Assembly (NCBI GenBank): GCA_016845345.1
Contig: JAERSV010000029.1
Coordinates: forward strand, 24,917 to 88,916
From: Methanobacteriota archaeon
GTDB lineage: Archaea; Thermoplasmatota; Poseidoniia; Poseidoniales; Thalassarchaeaceae
DNA: 64,000 nucleotides
Reading direction: 5' to 3'
The position numbers and the translations under genes were made by a program. Under the pieces are notes generated by a model. That model was not told where the DNA came from. It saw only the letters and a program-made list of their open reading frames with translations, and did not search any database. Positions 7,723 to 18,108 of this stretch are shown one piece after another (position 1 is the stretch's first letter; the number at the start of each line of letters is the position of its first letter).

Positions 7723-8952
7723 CTAAATAGAAATCATCGGCAATCCATTATTATCCGGTGGGTTTTGTCTACGAAAATTCCTAAATTGTGTATAATCAGT
7801 ATTTCTTTCAACTGCGATTCCACCCACAGACTCAATCAGTGTTGCTAAGTCAATATCAAGGTGGTCTAATGGTGCATCCGACCCTGCTAGATGCATGATT
7901 TCTTCGTGACTAACGGTCCCGTCTATATCATCAGCCCCGCTTAGTAAAGCCAAGGCAGAAATATGGTCCCCTATGTTCATTCTATATGCTTTGATATGAG
8001 GAATGTTGTCTAACATAATTCGAGAGATTGATATCATTCTCAATATTTCATTTGAGGTAGCTAGTTGTGCTTCTGGCAATCTTGAAGCATCAGGTAAATA
8101 TGGGTATGGGACAAAACATTGGAATCCATTTGTTTCATCTTGTAATTTTCGCAACTTATCAAGGTGAATCATTCTGTGAAGTGTTGTTTCAACTGTTCCA
8201 AACAACATAGTGCAATTTGTAGGAATATTGAGTTGGTGAGCAGTCTTGTGAATTTCTATGTACTCATCTGATGATTCTTTGCCTCTGCAAATTATATCTC
8301 TAATTTCATCGACAAGGATTTCTGCGCCGCCGCCAGGAATTGAATTCAATCCGGCATTGTGTAGTCTTGAAATTGTCTCGGAAATTGTTAGATTAGAAAC
8401 CTCTGCAAGATGTTTAATTTCAACTGCTGTCAAAGCCTTGAGGCAAATATTTGGATACTGATTCTTGAATGCTGAAAATAAGCCTTCATAATATTCAATA
8501 TTCCATTCTGGGTGTAATCCCCCAACGGTGTGCACCTCAGTAATTATTTCAGAAAAAGGTGCAATTCTATCTAAGTAATCTTGAACCGATAAGGAATAAG
8601 CATCAGAGGCTTTTAATCCTCTTCGAAATGCACAAAACTTACACGCTAAGACACAAACATTTGTTTGGTTAACATGTAAATTTCTATTATAGAAAACTGA
8701 ATTCCCATATCTGTTTTGTTTTAAAAAATTTGCAACATTCGAAAGTGTAGGAAGGTCACACTTATCATGTAGAATGACCCCTTCCTCAGTAGAAATTCTT
8801 TCACCTGAAAGAACTTTGTTTAGAATCATTCTAATATCTTCATTCAGTGATTCTGGTAATTGAATGAGAGAGGGTAAGGGTTGCTCAATCGCAGACTCAT
8901 TAGAGGGTACATTTATGGTACCCCGCCATTGGAACGGTGACTCTATATGCAT
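7723..8952 (-). CDS. radical SAM enzyme of the MqnE/MqnC/CofH family (probable aminodeoxyfutalosine synthase)
   Basis: NRNLHVNQTNVCVLACKFCAF carries the CxxxCxxC cluster motif in the context typical of MqnE/MqnC. Lies 15 nt upstream of mqnA on the same strand. Confidence 0.8.
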   Translation of the reverse strand: MHIESPFQWRGTINVPSNESAIEQPLPSLIQLPESLNEDIRMILNKVLSGERISTEEGVILHDKCDLPTLSNVANFLKQNRYGNSVFYNRNLHVNQTNVCVLACKFCAFRRGLKASDAYSLSVQDYLDRIAPFSEIITEVHTVGGLHPEWNIEYYEGLFSAFKNQYPNICLKALTAVEIKHLAEVSNLTISETISRLHNAGLNSIPGGGAEILVDEIRDIICRGKESSDEYIEIHKTAHQLNIPTNCTMLFGTVETTLHRMIHLDKLRKLQDETNGFQCFVPYPYLPDASRLPEAQLATSNEILRMISISRIMLDNIPHIKAYRMNIGDHISALALLSGADDIDGTVSHEEIMHLAGSDAPLDHLDIDLATLIESVGGIAVERNTDYTQFRNFRRQNPPDNNGLPMISI

Positions 8953-9006
8953 CTCTCTCAGTTAAGCGCAACAGTCACCTGCTTTAATGGCTGTCAGCAA
9001 CATTGT

Positions 9007-11940
9007 TCAATTTTTGACACGGATAAATTTTAACAAAAATTTTCTAAATTCTTCTATCCAAAAGACAGATGAAGCAATTAAGCAAACTACAACCCAATCT
9101 GTCCATTCTAACGGAATCGTTGACAAGAAACTACCTATTGTAATACCAATGATTGGCACTAAAACAAAAGAACTTTGAACAATTGAGACCAGTAAAACAA
9201 GGCTTATTGCGAAAGAGGCACTAATGAACATATTTTGGAAGATTCCAAGTTCAAACGCAGATTTGTCAATACTTCTACTATTTACAACATTGAAAAGTTG
9301 GAACATAATAAACGTTGCAAAAGCAATTGTTCTAGCGTATTCAAACTTTGATTGAGCATGATTATCCCATGTCTCTACATCACAATTCCCATCCTCCAAG
9401 AAAAATTCTGGTGAAGTTTCTATATCGACTCCTTGGCATGCATCGCCAGAAATTAGCCCCCCACCAGCAAGTGAGAATATTGCTAAGGTTCCTAGAACCA
9501 TCACCACACCAAGGAAACCAATTACCCGTTTATCCATGACATTTGGTAAGGGTTCAGATAAGGCTCTAGGAGGTTCATTCATCACGTCACCGTGGCGTTT
9601 TTCAATACCTAAAGCTAGAGCAGGTGGCCCATCCATTAAAATGTTGATGACAAGTAACTGAGTTGCAGTCATTGGTAATTTCCAACCTAAAATCAAAGTG
9701 GCGATAATAATTAGTAAAACCGCCGCCACATTTGTTGAAATTTGATATCTGACGAAATTCCTAATGTTTAGGTAAATTTTTCGCCCTTCTTCAATAGAAC
9801 CAACAATTGATGAAAAGTCATCATCTTTCAATACCATATCCGCAGCATCTCTAGCGACATCTGTTCCAGCAATTCCCATTGCGATTCCTATATTCGCGCG
9901 AGATAACGCGGGCGCGTCGTTATCCCCATCACCTGTCATGGCAACGACGTGTCCGATTGATTGTAATCTAGTAACAATCCTTAATTTTTGGTCTGGTGTA
10001 ACCCGTGAAAACATCACAACTTTGTCCAGTTTGGAATCTAATTCTTCATCAGATAAATCTTGTAATTGCTTCCCAGTAAGGAATTCTGAATCATCTTTGA
10101 TAATTCCTATCTCATCACCGATAGCCATCGCAGTCATTTGTTGATCGCCGGTAATCATCATTACTCTGACTCCAGCAGCATCACACATTGAAATTGCATT
10201 GGCAACCTCTTTTCTAGGAGGGTCCATTATGCCAATTAAACCCAAGAAAATCAAACCTGATTCAACAGAGTCAACATCTTCCATATCCTCTTCGCCACTT
10301 AATGGACGAGCAGTCAATGCAATTACTCTCAGGGCTTGTGTGGCCATTTGTAGATTAACATCACCTATTCTATTCCGATGACCATCGCCAATCGGGATTA
10401 CCCGACCATCTTCAACGACATGGCTAATTCTTGAGAGATAAGGTCCTATCGCACCCTTAGAAAATACCCAGCGTTCACCTTCATACTCATGAATCGTTGT
10501 CATTCTTTTCCTTTCTCTGTCGAAAGTATATTCTCTGAACCTAGGATGGTTTCTCCTGAAAGTGTCTACTGACTCCGTCATCTTCCAACCAAATACTGCT
10601 GAGGCTATATCTGTTGGATTGCCAATTCCTCTCCATTCTTTGTCAATTTTCCTAACATTACTATTTTGGCAAAGTAAAGAACACGCCATTGCTAATTTGA
10701 ATCCCTTTTGAACTTTTAATTCTGCGAAATCTTGTTCTGAAATTTCTTTATTTTCTATACTTAATTTGCCATGTGTTGGGTCAAATCCAGACCCTGAAAC
10801 AGAGTATAGTTCATCACCACAGAAAAATGAACGTACTGACATTTCATTACGCGTAAGCGTACCTGTTTTATCTGTGCAAATTATTGTTGCTGAGCCCAAG
10901 GTTTCAACTACTTTCATTCTTGAAACAATCGCATTTCTTGCTGACATATTTTGCATACCTATGGCTAATGTAATTACTAAAATAATTGGTAATCCCTCGG
11001 GCACAATTGCCACAAAGATGACTACTGCAATTATGAATTGGTCAGCGATAATTTCCTTCAGGGCTGTGCCCGTAACTCCATTCACTATTGAGAGGGTAAT
11101 AGTAAATCCAACGATAATTACAGCAGAAATAATAGCAATCATTGCGAGATATCTGCCTAATGAGCCTAATTTGATTTCAAGAGGTGTTTTTGGAGTTTCT
11201 ACTTCACTTAAACCGGTGGCAATGTCTCCAACTCTTGTCTCCATGCCGGTTTTTACTACGACTCCTAAACCACGTCCAGATGATACAACTGTTCCCATGA
11301 AAGCCATGTTAGACATTTCTTGCAGGATAGAATCTTCTTCAGAAGGTTTTATTTCTTTGTACACAACATTTGATTCCCCAGTTAATGAAGATTCATCTAT
11401 TGATAATTGATGTACTTCAAGCAATCTAATATCTGCTGGCACATTTAGGCCGTCTTCTAACCAGACGATGTCTCCTGGCACAACTTCTTCAATCGATAAA
11501 CGGTGTTCCATTCCATCGCGTAGTACAATACAATGGCAAACCAGTAATTTCTTCAGAGAATCCATTGCTCTCTCGGCTTTCGCCTCTTGAATATATGATA
11601 AAACCGCGTTTAAAGTTAAAGCAATACAAATAAAAATTGGAGTCCCTAGGTCTTCTCTGTCAGCAATAAATGCGATAATTGCTGCGGCTAACAACAAATA
11701 CACCATAGGATCTCTAAAGTGGTCTAACATTTTGAATAAAGGATGGCGGGGTTTTTTCCCTTCTAATTTATTTTCACCATAAGTTTCTCGCCGGTTGACT
11801 ACTTCTTCGGTTGAAAGACCATCAACTGTGGTATTCAAATTTGAAAATACATCATCCAATGGCATGGAATGCCAAAGTGGCTCTGTGGAGTCACTTTCTG
11901 ATTTTGTACTTGAATCTAGAGATGGCATCCGCTCGCCCAT
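9007..11940 (-). CDS. cation-transporting P-type ATPase (type II, Ca2+/cation-like)
   Basis: ICTDKTGTLT phosphorylation site, TGES, MITGDQ, MTGDGDNDAPAL hinge, and 10 TM-like segments. First in-frame ATG at 11940; the track start at 11949 is GTG. Confidence 0.9.
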   Translation of the reverse strand: MGERMPSLDSSTKSESDSTEPLWHSMPLDDVFSNLNTTVDGLSTEEVVNRRETYGENKLEGKKPRHPLFKMLDHFRDPMVYLLLAAAIIAFIADREDLGTPIFICIALTLNAVLSYIQEAKAERAMDSLKKLLVCHCIVLRDGMEHRLSIEEVVPGDIVWLEDGLNVPADIRLLEVHQLSIDESSLTGESNVVYKEIKPSEEDSILQEMSNMAFMGTVVSSGRGLGVVVKTGMETRVGDIATGLSEVETPKTPLEIKLGSLGRYLAMIAIISAVIIVGFTITLSIVNGVTGTALKEIIADQFIIAVVIFVAIVPEGLPIILVITLAIGMQNMSARNAIVSRMKVVETLGSATIICTDKTGTLTRNEMSVRSFFCGDELYSVSGSGFDPTHGKLSIENKEISEQDFAELKVQKGFKLAMACSLLCQNSNVRKIDKEWRGIGNPTDIASAVFGWKMTESVDTFRRNHPRFREYTFDRERKRMTTIHEYEGERWVFSKGAIGPYLSRISHVVEDGRVIPIGDGHRNRIGDVNLQMATQALRVIALTARPLSGEEDMEDVDSVESGLIFLGLIGIMDPPRKEVANAISMCDAAGVRVMMITGDQQMTAMAIGDEIGIIKDDSEFLTGKQLQDLSDEELDSKLDKVVMFSRVTPDQKLRIVTRLQSIGHVVAMTGDGDNDAPALSRANIGIAMGIAGTDVARDAADMVLKDDDFSSIVGSIEEGRKIYLNIRNFVRYQISTNVAAVLLIIIATLILGWKLPMTATQLLVINILMDGPPALALGIEKRHGDVMNEPPRALSEPLPNVMDKRVIGFLGVVMVLGTLAIFSLAGGGLISGDACQGVDIETSPEFFLEDGNCDVETWDNHAQSKFEYARTIAFATFIMFQLFNVVNSRSIDKSAFELGIFQNMFISASFAISLVLLVSIVQSSFVLVPIIGITIGSFLSTIPLEWTDWVVVCLIASSVFWIEEFRKFLLKFIRVKN

Positions 11941-12045
11941 CAGGAGCACATTAGGAGACCTATTTGTAGACGCGGGTCAATTTCCAATTCCAAAACATAA
12001 CAGTTTCATCCGTAGCATTGACTAACTAATCCCCCTGCGAAGAGC

Positions 12046-14118
12046 ATGGGTGAGTTCCAGCCGTATGTACCAGCGTCTGAAACTCTTCCCGAATTAACCA
12101 TTCGAGCAATTCTCCTTGGGCTGGTATTAGGTGCATTGATGACAGCCGCAAATACATATCTTGGCCTCTATATTGGAATGACTGTTTCGGCCTCAATTCC
12201 AGCCGCGGTTATGTCGATGCTACTTCTGCGTATGTTTCGTTTCAAAGATGTCAGCATTCTAGAAAACAATGTTGTTCAAACAATGACATCTGCTGGAGAA
12301 AGTTTAGCGGCTGGAGTAATATTCACGATGCCTGCACTACTAGTAATGGGTAAAGATATGGACACAATGACAACATTCATTGTAGCAATACTTGGTGGTA
12401 TACTCGGAACGATATTCACAATCACATTACGTAGAGTGTTTATTGTTGAAGAAGCACTCCTTTATCCCGAAGGAATCGCCTGTGAGGAAGTTCTTATCGC
12501 AGGAGAAAAAGGTGGATCTCAACTCATCGTAATTCTTTATGCCTTGGGTCTAGGTGCACTTTATGGCTGGATGGTAAAAGGATTTGAGTTGACACAAGCA
12601 AAAGTCGAAGTCGCTGTCGAAATCGTTGGTGTGAGAATATATTCAGCCCTAGACTATTCACTTTCTTTAGTTGCAGTTGGATGGATTGTAGGCTTGAATA
12701 TAGCATCCTACATTTTCTTCGGCGCAGTACTTGGTGTATTCATTTTAACCCCAATTTATGGGATGACTTATGGTTGGCCGGTTGATACGGATTTGGCTCA
12801 CGGGTTCAAGACTCTCTGGTCCACACATATACGATTCGTTGGTGTTGGGTGTATGGTCGTGGGGGGGCTATGGACTCTCATCGACATGAGGAAAACAATT
12901 TCTAGTGGACTCAGGAAGGCTTTAGGTTCAGGCATAGCTGATTCAGAAATATCCACATTACGAACCGAGCAAGATATTCCTATGAATCGAGCATTCATTG
13001 GACTCGTAATCGTTGCAGTTTTGACTTTTATTTTCTATTGGTGGAAAACCGGTTCTTTGACATTAGCAATTGTCGGTGCGATATTTTTAGCAATCACCGC
13101 GTTCTTCTTTTCTGCAGTTGCTGGATATATTGCTGGAGTTGTTGGCTCATCAAACTCCCCAGTTTCAGGCATGACAATTGCAACTTTGATGGCTACATCT
13201 CTTGTTGTTTGGATAGTTGGTGGATTGATTCTAGATATGGCGCAAGAAGATTTGATGTACGCTACTCTGATTATTGCTTCAGTTGTTGCCGTCAATGCTG
13301 CCATTGCAGGAGATGTGATGCAGGATTTGAAGACAGGCCACTTAGTTGGCGCCACACCTTGGAAACAACAAACTGCTGAACTTATCGGAGTTATTGTCGG
13401 TGCCATTGTTGCGCCACTCACACTTACAGTTTTGAACGAGGCATTCAGAATCACTCCGACACATTGTACAGCAAATCCACATCCAGAATGGGGTTGCTCC
13501 AAAGTATTGGAAGCACCGCAAGCAGAAATAATTGGGACTTTAATAGAAGGATTATTTGGAGGCACTGTAAATTATCCAATGCTATTTCTCGGAATTGTTG
13601 TGGCGGCAATCATAATCGGTTCTAGATGGTATCTAGGGAAAAATGGGCCCTCCCTACCGATTATGTCAATAGCAATTGGAATGTATTTGCCATTTTACCT
13701 GTCTTCAACAATTTTCCTTGGAGGTATATTGAACCATTTGGTGACAAGAACAACACACCTGCGAGTCGATGGAACCTTGAAGGGGGAACCGTCACAATCA
13801 GCTATCACTTCTGGAAAAGAATTAGTCAGTCGCGGTACTCTATTATCTGCCGGATTAATTGCGGGGGAAGCCCTAATGGGCGTTTTAATAGCAGTATTCA
13901 TCATAATTGGAATACCTCCCAATGGTTGGATACCCTTCCTCGGCACCCTTGGACCAGTCCTCTCAACGGTGTTCTTTTTGTGGTTCTTTGGAGTGTTTAC
14001 TTGGCTTGTAACAAGAAGCCTCCCTCCAGCTAAAAGACCATTCTCTTTACTGTTTAATTGGGCGGCTGTAGTCGTAGATGGGGCTCGTAGAATAATCAAC
14101 AAAGTGATGGTTCCTTGA
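12046..14118 (+). CDS. OPT-family oligopeptide transporter
   Basis: 690 aa polytopic protein. N-terminus ELTIRAILLGLVLGALMTAANTYLGLYIGMTVSASIPAAV is typical of the OPT superfamily. Confidence 0.85.
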   Translation: MGEFQPYVPASETLPELTIRAILLGLVLGALMTAANTYLGLYIGMTVSASIPAAVMSMLLLRMFRFKDVSILENNVVQTMTSAGESLAAGVIFTMPALLVMGKDMDTMTTFIVAILGGILGTIFTITLRRVFIVEEALLYPEGIACEEVLIAGEKGGSQLIVILYALGLGALYGWMVKGFELTQAKVEVAVEIVGVRIYSALDYSLSLVAVGWIVGLNIASYIFFGAVLGVFILTPIYGMTYGWPVDTDLAHGFKTLWSTHIRFVGVGCMVVGGLWTLIDMRKTISSGLRKALGSGIADSEISTLRTEQDIPMNRAFIGLVIVAVLTFIFYWWKTGSLTLAIVGAIFLAITAFFFSAVAGYIAGVVGSSNSPVSGMTIATLMATSLVVWIVGGLILDMAQEDLMYATLIIASVVAVNAAIAGDVMQDLKTGHLVGATPWKQQTAELIGVIVGAIVAPLTLTVLNEAFRITPTHCTANPHPEWGCSKVLEAPQAEIIGTLIEGLFGGTVNYPMLFLGIVVAAIIIGSRWYLGKNGPSLPIMSIAIGMYLPFYLSSTIFLGGILNHLVTRTTHLRVDGTLKGEPSQSAITSGKELVSRGTLLSAGLIAGEALMGVLIAVFIIIGIPPNGWIPFLGTLGPVLSTVFFLWFFGVFTWLVTRSLPPAKRPFSLLFNWAAVVVDGARRIINKVMVP

Positions 14119-14191
14119 TTCTCTAGTTTCGATTGTGATTAGAAACCATCAAAGGCTTACGGAAATGCAACCCCGATGGGGAACAACTGTG

Positions 14192-15034
14192 ATGAGTTCA
14201 GAAAATGAGAGCAAAGAAGGTATTTCGTCAATTGGCGAACTGCTTGAAACTGCCAAAAAATGTCGTAGAAACATAGTTGAGATGGTTCACCGCGCTAATG
14301 CAGGGCACCCAGGCGGCTCACTATCAGCGATTGATATTCTTGTAGCATTATACAAAACGAGAATGAACGTAGACCCTTACAATCCAGATGATCCTGAAAG
14401 AGACCGCTTCATTATGAGCAAGGGGCACGCATCCCCTGCTGTTTACGCAATTCTACATGAGATGGGATTCCTTACCGCGGAGGATTTGACTACATATCGT
14501 GTCATGGGTGGCGTTTGTCAGGGTCACGTAGATATGAAGTGGACTCCAGGTGTTGACTTTTCTGCAGGCAGTTTAGGAATGGGACTTTCCTTTGGGCTAG
14601 GTACCGCACTTGCGGCGACATTAGATGGTTCACCTCGTACTTCGTATGTGATGTTAGGAGATGGGGAATTACAAGAAGGACAAGTTTGGGAGGCCGCGAT
14701 GGCTGCAGTACATCATGAAGTTGGTAACCTCAAGGTTTTCGTCGATAGGAACCGAATTCAAAACGATGACTTTTGTGAAAATCAAATGAGAATGTTTGAT
14801 GTTGCTGCAAAATGGACAGGATTTGGTTGGGCCGTACATGAATGTGATGGCCATGACATGAATGCTATAGTTGAGTCAATTGAATGGATGGATTCTATTA
14901 CAGACAGGCCTGCAGTAGTCGTCGCTCACACAATCAAAGGAAAAGGTGTATCCTTCATGGAAGATAACCCATCTTTCCATGGAGCCGCTCCCAACGATGA
15001 ACAATTACTGATTGCAATGGAGGAATTAGAATGA
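14192..15034 (+). CDS. transketolase, N-terminal subunit (split form)
   Basis: HRANAGHPGGSLSAIDILVALY, GHASPAVYA and GSLGMGLS are TPP-binding motifs. ATG at 14192; the track start at 14135 is GTG. Confidence 0.9.
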   Translation: MSSENESKEGISSIGELLETAKKCRRNIVEMVHRANAGHPGGSLSAIDILVALYKTRMNVDPYNPDDPERDRFIMSKGHASPAVYAILHEMGFLTAEDLTTYRVMGGVCQGHVDMKWTPGVDFSAGSLGMGLSFGLGTALAATLDGSPRTSYVMLGDGELQEGQVWEAAMAAVHHEVGNLKVFVDRNRIQNDDFCENQMRMFDVAAKWTGFGWAVHECDGHDMNAIVESIEWMDSITDRPAVVVAHTIKGKGVSFMEDNPSFHGAAPNDEQLLIAMEELE

Positions 15035-15966
15035 CTTTAGTTGCTTCGAGAGATGGGTATGGCTCTGCGCTGGTTAAACTTGCTTCTGACCCTGAAATTA
15101 TTGTGGTTGAAGCTGATTTGGGTAAATCAACTAAAAGTCAAAACTTCAGAAAGTTACACCCTGAGAGAACGATTTCCTTAGGCATTGCAGAACAGAATAT
15201 GATGTTAGTTTCAGCTGGTTTAGCAACTAGTGGATACAAACCGTTCGCTTCAACATTCGCAATATTTACTGAACGGGCTTTTGAACAAGTCCGTAATGGT
15301 ATTGCAAGACCAAATATTCCAGTTCACATATGCGGTAGTCACGGAGGAATACACACTGGGACAGATGGTTCTTCAGCACAATCTATCGAAGATCTTGCTA
15401 TCTATCGTAGTTTACCAAATATGGTGGTCATGCATCCTAGTGATTTCAACAGCACAGAACAGTTGACAATTCAATTAGCTAAGACCAATTCACCCTCTTA
15501 TACACGGACAGCAAGAAATAAAACACCGGTGATTTATGATGAAGATGCAGCCTCCAAATTACAAATCGGGAAAGGCGCAATCCTAGTTCAAGGTGGAGAT
15601 GTCGCGATTATTGCTTGTGGTGTCATGGTTTCGAAAGCACTTGAAGCCGCTGAATTGCTATCAGAGAACGGAATCAGTGCAACAGTTGTAGACATGCATA
15701 CAATAAAGCCACTCGATCGCAATTTAATTTCATCACTATCAGAACAATGTGGCTGTTTTGTTACCGCCGAAGACCACTCAGTTATCGGTGGACTTGGTGG
15801 AGCAGTCGCTGAGCATTTAGTTGAAAATTGTCCCGCCCCACTAGAACGGGTAGGTGTTTCAGATCACTTCGGCCAATCAGGTGATGGTGATGAATTGTTG
15901 GAAGAATTTTCAATGGGAATGAGCCATATAGTTGCAGCAGCACAACGAGTCATTAATCGTAAATAA
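15031..15966 (+). CDS. transketolase, C-terminal subunit (split form)
   Basis: Starts by ATGA overlap with the N-terminal subunit. RDGYGSALVKL..., GIAEQNMM and FASTFAIF motifs. Confidence 0.9.
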   Translation: MTLVASRDGYGSALVKLASDPEIIVVEADLGKSTKSQNFRKLHPERTISLGIAEQNMMLVSAGLATSGYKPFASTFAIFTERAFEQVRNGIARPNIPVHICGSHGGIHTGTDGSSAQSIEDLAIYRSLPNMVVMHPSDFNSTEQLTIQLAKTNSPSYTRTARNKTPVIYDEDAASKLQIGKGAILVQGGDVAIIACGVMVSKALEAAELLSENGISATVVDMHTIKPLDRNLISSLSEQCGCFVTAEDHSVIGGLGGAVAEHLVENCPAPLERVGVSDHFGQSGDGDELLEEFSMGMSHIVAAAQRVINRK

Positions 15967-16041
15967 GTAGTGATTTCAAAAATTGCTCAATCAATGCTTT
16001 GATGAACAAATAGCATTTCCACTAGGGTAGGAGCGCAATCC

Positions 16042-16596
16042 ATGGGTGACAATTCAGAGGAATTGAAGAAGTTGCTAGACGGGGAATTAAGCCCCGATGC
16101 GCTAGAAGAGGACCCCATCCTTGCTAAATTAGCGGAGAGAATTTATGGTGAAGAATTCCTTGAAAAAATGGGATTATCCAGAGGTGAGTCAAAGCGCGCT
16201 CTTTCTGAGAGCCTTTCTGATGATGATGGCGATGATTTATTGATAGAAGTCATCCCTCCTTTTGAATCTGAAATAGAACCCTTTGAGGCTCCTACTTCTT
16301 TACCAAGCAGGCCAGAAAAGACTGGGCTGAGCAAGTTGGGCTTAGGTATTGGTTTCACAATCTTAACCGCGGGGGTTGCTAATCTATTCGGTCTACTTTC
16401 ATTCTTAGGAAAAGGGTGTACTGGGGGAGGATGCCCAGTGGATGGGCACACTCGAATGAATTGGGCAAGCCTTGGCCAACTTAGTGATGGTTGGGGTTGG
16501 TCCCAACCTGTTTTAGAAGGAAGTATAGGGATTCCTGATTTGGGTGTAATCGGAATCGGCATTATTGCTTTACTTTGGACTTATATGAAAAGGTAA
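16042..16596 (+). CDS. hypothetical membrane protein (acidic N-terminus, two TM helices)
   Basis: 184-aa ORF. TM helices LGLGIGFTILTAGVANLFGLLSFL and LGVIGIGIIALLWTYMKR. Loop contains CTGGGCPVDG. No family recognised. Confidence 0.55.
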   Translation: MGDNSEELKKLLDGELSPDALEEDPILAKLAERIYGEEFLEKMGLSRGESKRALSESLSDDDGDDLLIEVIPPFESEIEPFEAPTSLPSRPEKTGLSKLGLGIGFTILTAGVANLFGLLSFLGKGCTGGGCPVDGHTRMNWASLGQLSDGWGWSQPVLEGSIGIPDLGVIGIGIIALLWTYMKR

Positions 16597-16614
16597 ACAG
16601 GGATTTCCTGCCTA

Positions 16615-18108
16615 TCAATACATTCGGGCAAGATGATTTCTCTTTGTTGTCATTTTACCACTTATAATACAAGGTTTCTCCTCTTCGAATTGAGTCATAC
16701 ATTCCCCAAGAATTGTTAATCCGGTTGTTTTTTCCAGAGTCTCGGCATCAGCATCACTTCCGCCAAATGCAATTTCGTAAATCATTCCTTCTTTGATTTC
16801 AGTCTCTAAGGATTCCATCGGAGTCACCATTTCATCCATAATTGATGATGTTCTGGACTCTAATTCTGATTCAATCGCTTTGAGTTCATTAGAAACTTCA
16901 ACAACAATATCCTGTATATTGATTGGTTGTTTCCCACCAGTTCTTCTGGCTGCAAATGCAGTGCCATTTTCAATGTCCCGTGGCCCTATCTCTAATCTAA
17001 GGGGTACGCCCTTGATTTCCCAATCATAGAATTTTTTGCCGGCTCTTTTATCTCGGTCATCAATATGAACTCGAAGTCCTGAAGATCTGAGTTTATCTGA
17101 TATTGAAGTTACAGTTTCCATTACTGCCTCACTTTTGTGGGCTGCGACAGGAATCAATACTACATGGATGGGAGCAGATTTCGGAGGGAAAATTAAGCCA
17201 TTATCATCTCCGTGGGTTCCCACGACTGCTCCTAGTAATCTTTCAGACATACCGTATGTAGTCTGGTGACAATTTTTGTGATTCCCATCAACATCTTCGT
17301 AGGTCATACCAAAAGCCTCAGCCCACTGATCACGATAATGATGGCAAGAAGCAACCTGAAGGGTTCTGCCATTGGGCATAATCACATCAATTGCAATGGT
17401 GTACCATGCACCTGGAAAAGTATCCCATACAGGTCGTTTTGAAATGATGACAGGTAGACAAAGGTCTGACATGATATTATCTACAATCTCAAGGTCTTCC
17501 TCAATTTGAGCAGACGCGTCCGCCTCGTCTTTGTGAGCAGTATGAGCCTCAAAGAAATGTATCTCCCTAACCCTGATAAACGTGCGAGTTTGTTTTGTCT
17601 CATATCGGAAAGTATTGACGATTTGGTAGGTCTTTAGTGGTAAGTCTGAGTGACTTCTTATCCATAATGGGAACAGCGTGTACATCGCCGTCTCCGAAGT
17701 AGGGCGTAGAAACATAGGCACATCAAGTTCTGTTTCACCTGCGTGCTTTACCCAATAGACTTCTTTGCTAAACCCTTCTACTTCCTCATCAAATCTAAGT
17801 TCGCTGACATCGATCCCAGCCTCTCGCGCGGCTTGTAATCTAGCCACAAGTTGATTTTCTTTTTCCAAGAGGTCTTCAGGAATTAAAAGTGGAAAGTTGA
17901 CTTCATCGTGACCAGTTCTCTCCATTTCAGCATGAGTTAATGCATCAATGTATTTCATCGCCTTCCAACCATATGGCCGCCAAACATCCATTCCTTTGAT
18001 TGGATATCTCTTATCTACGAGGTCAGCGATTTCCACGATTGCGGGGTACCAAGCATTGAAATCAGCCTTTGCCGGAATTCCCCGCTTTGCTTTGCCCTGC
18101 TCACCCAT
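16615..18108 (-). CDS. proS: prolyl-tRNA synthetase (archaeal/eukaryotic type)
   Basis: N-terminus FNAWYPAIVEIADLVDKRYPIKGMDVWRPYGW, class II motifs (FRYE...TRTFIRVREIHFFEAH), and a C-terminal domain ending in Y. Confidence 0.9.
   Translation of the reverse strand: MGEQGKAKRGIPAKADFNAWYPAIVEIADLVDKRYPIKGMDVWRPYGWKAMKYIDALTHAEMERTGHDEVNFPLLIPEDLLEKENQLVARLQAAREAGIDVSELRFDEEVEGFSKEVYWVKHAGETELDVPMFLRPTSETAMYTLFPLWIRSHSDLPLKTYQIVNTFRYETKQTRTFIRVREIHFFEAHTAHKDEADASAQIEEDLEIVDNIMSDLCLPVIISKRPVWDTFPGAWYTIAIDVIMPNGRTLQVASCHHYRDQWAEAFGMTYEDVDGNHKNCHQTTYGMSERLLGAVVGTHGDDNGLIFPPKSAPIHVVLIPVAAHKSEAVMETVTSISDKLRSSGLRVHIDDRDKRAGKKFYDWEIKGVPLRLEIGPRDIENGTAFAARRTGGKQPINIQDIVVEVSNELKAIESELESRTSSIMDEMVTPMESLETEIKEGMIYEIAFGGSDADAETLEKTTGLTILGECMTQFEEEKPCIISGKMTTKRNHLARMY

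Noticed and set aside
10766-11410. 214-aa plus-strand ORF
   Set aside because: It is antisense to the P-type ATPase, whose DKTGT/GDGDND motifs are unambiguous. It is a typical shadow ORF.
13035-13565. 176-aa minus-strand ORF, plus the 113-aa and 135-aa ORFs nearby
   Set aside because: All lie inside or antisense to the OPT transporter gene and have no motifs.
14171-14181. Palindrome CCCCGATGGGG upstream of transketolase
   Set aside because: It is short (4-bp arms) and isolated. It partly resembles the GATGGG element reported above, but lacks the GC core and consistent spacing, so it was not counted as an instance.
16510-16596. C-terminal IPDLGVIGIGIIALLWTYMKR of the 184-aa protein, resembling a PGF/PEP-CTERM sorting signal for the archaeosortase
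   Set aside because: The protein has no N-terminal signal peptide and has an earlier TM helix. The motif is PDL rather than a known CTERM signature. A plain two-TM hairpin topology explains it.
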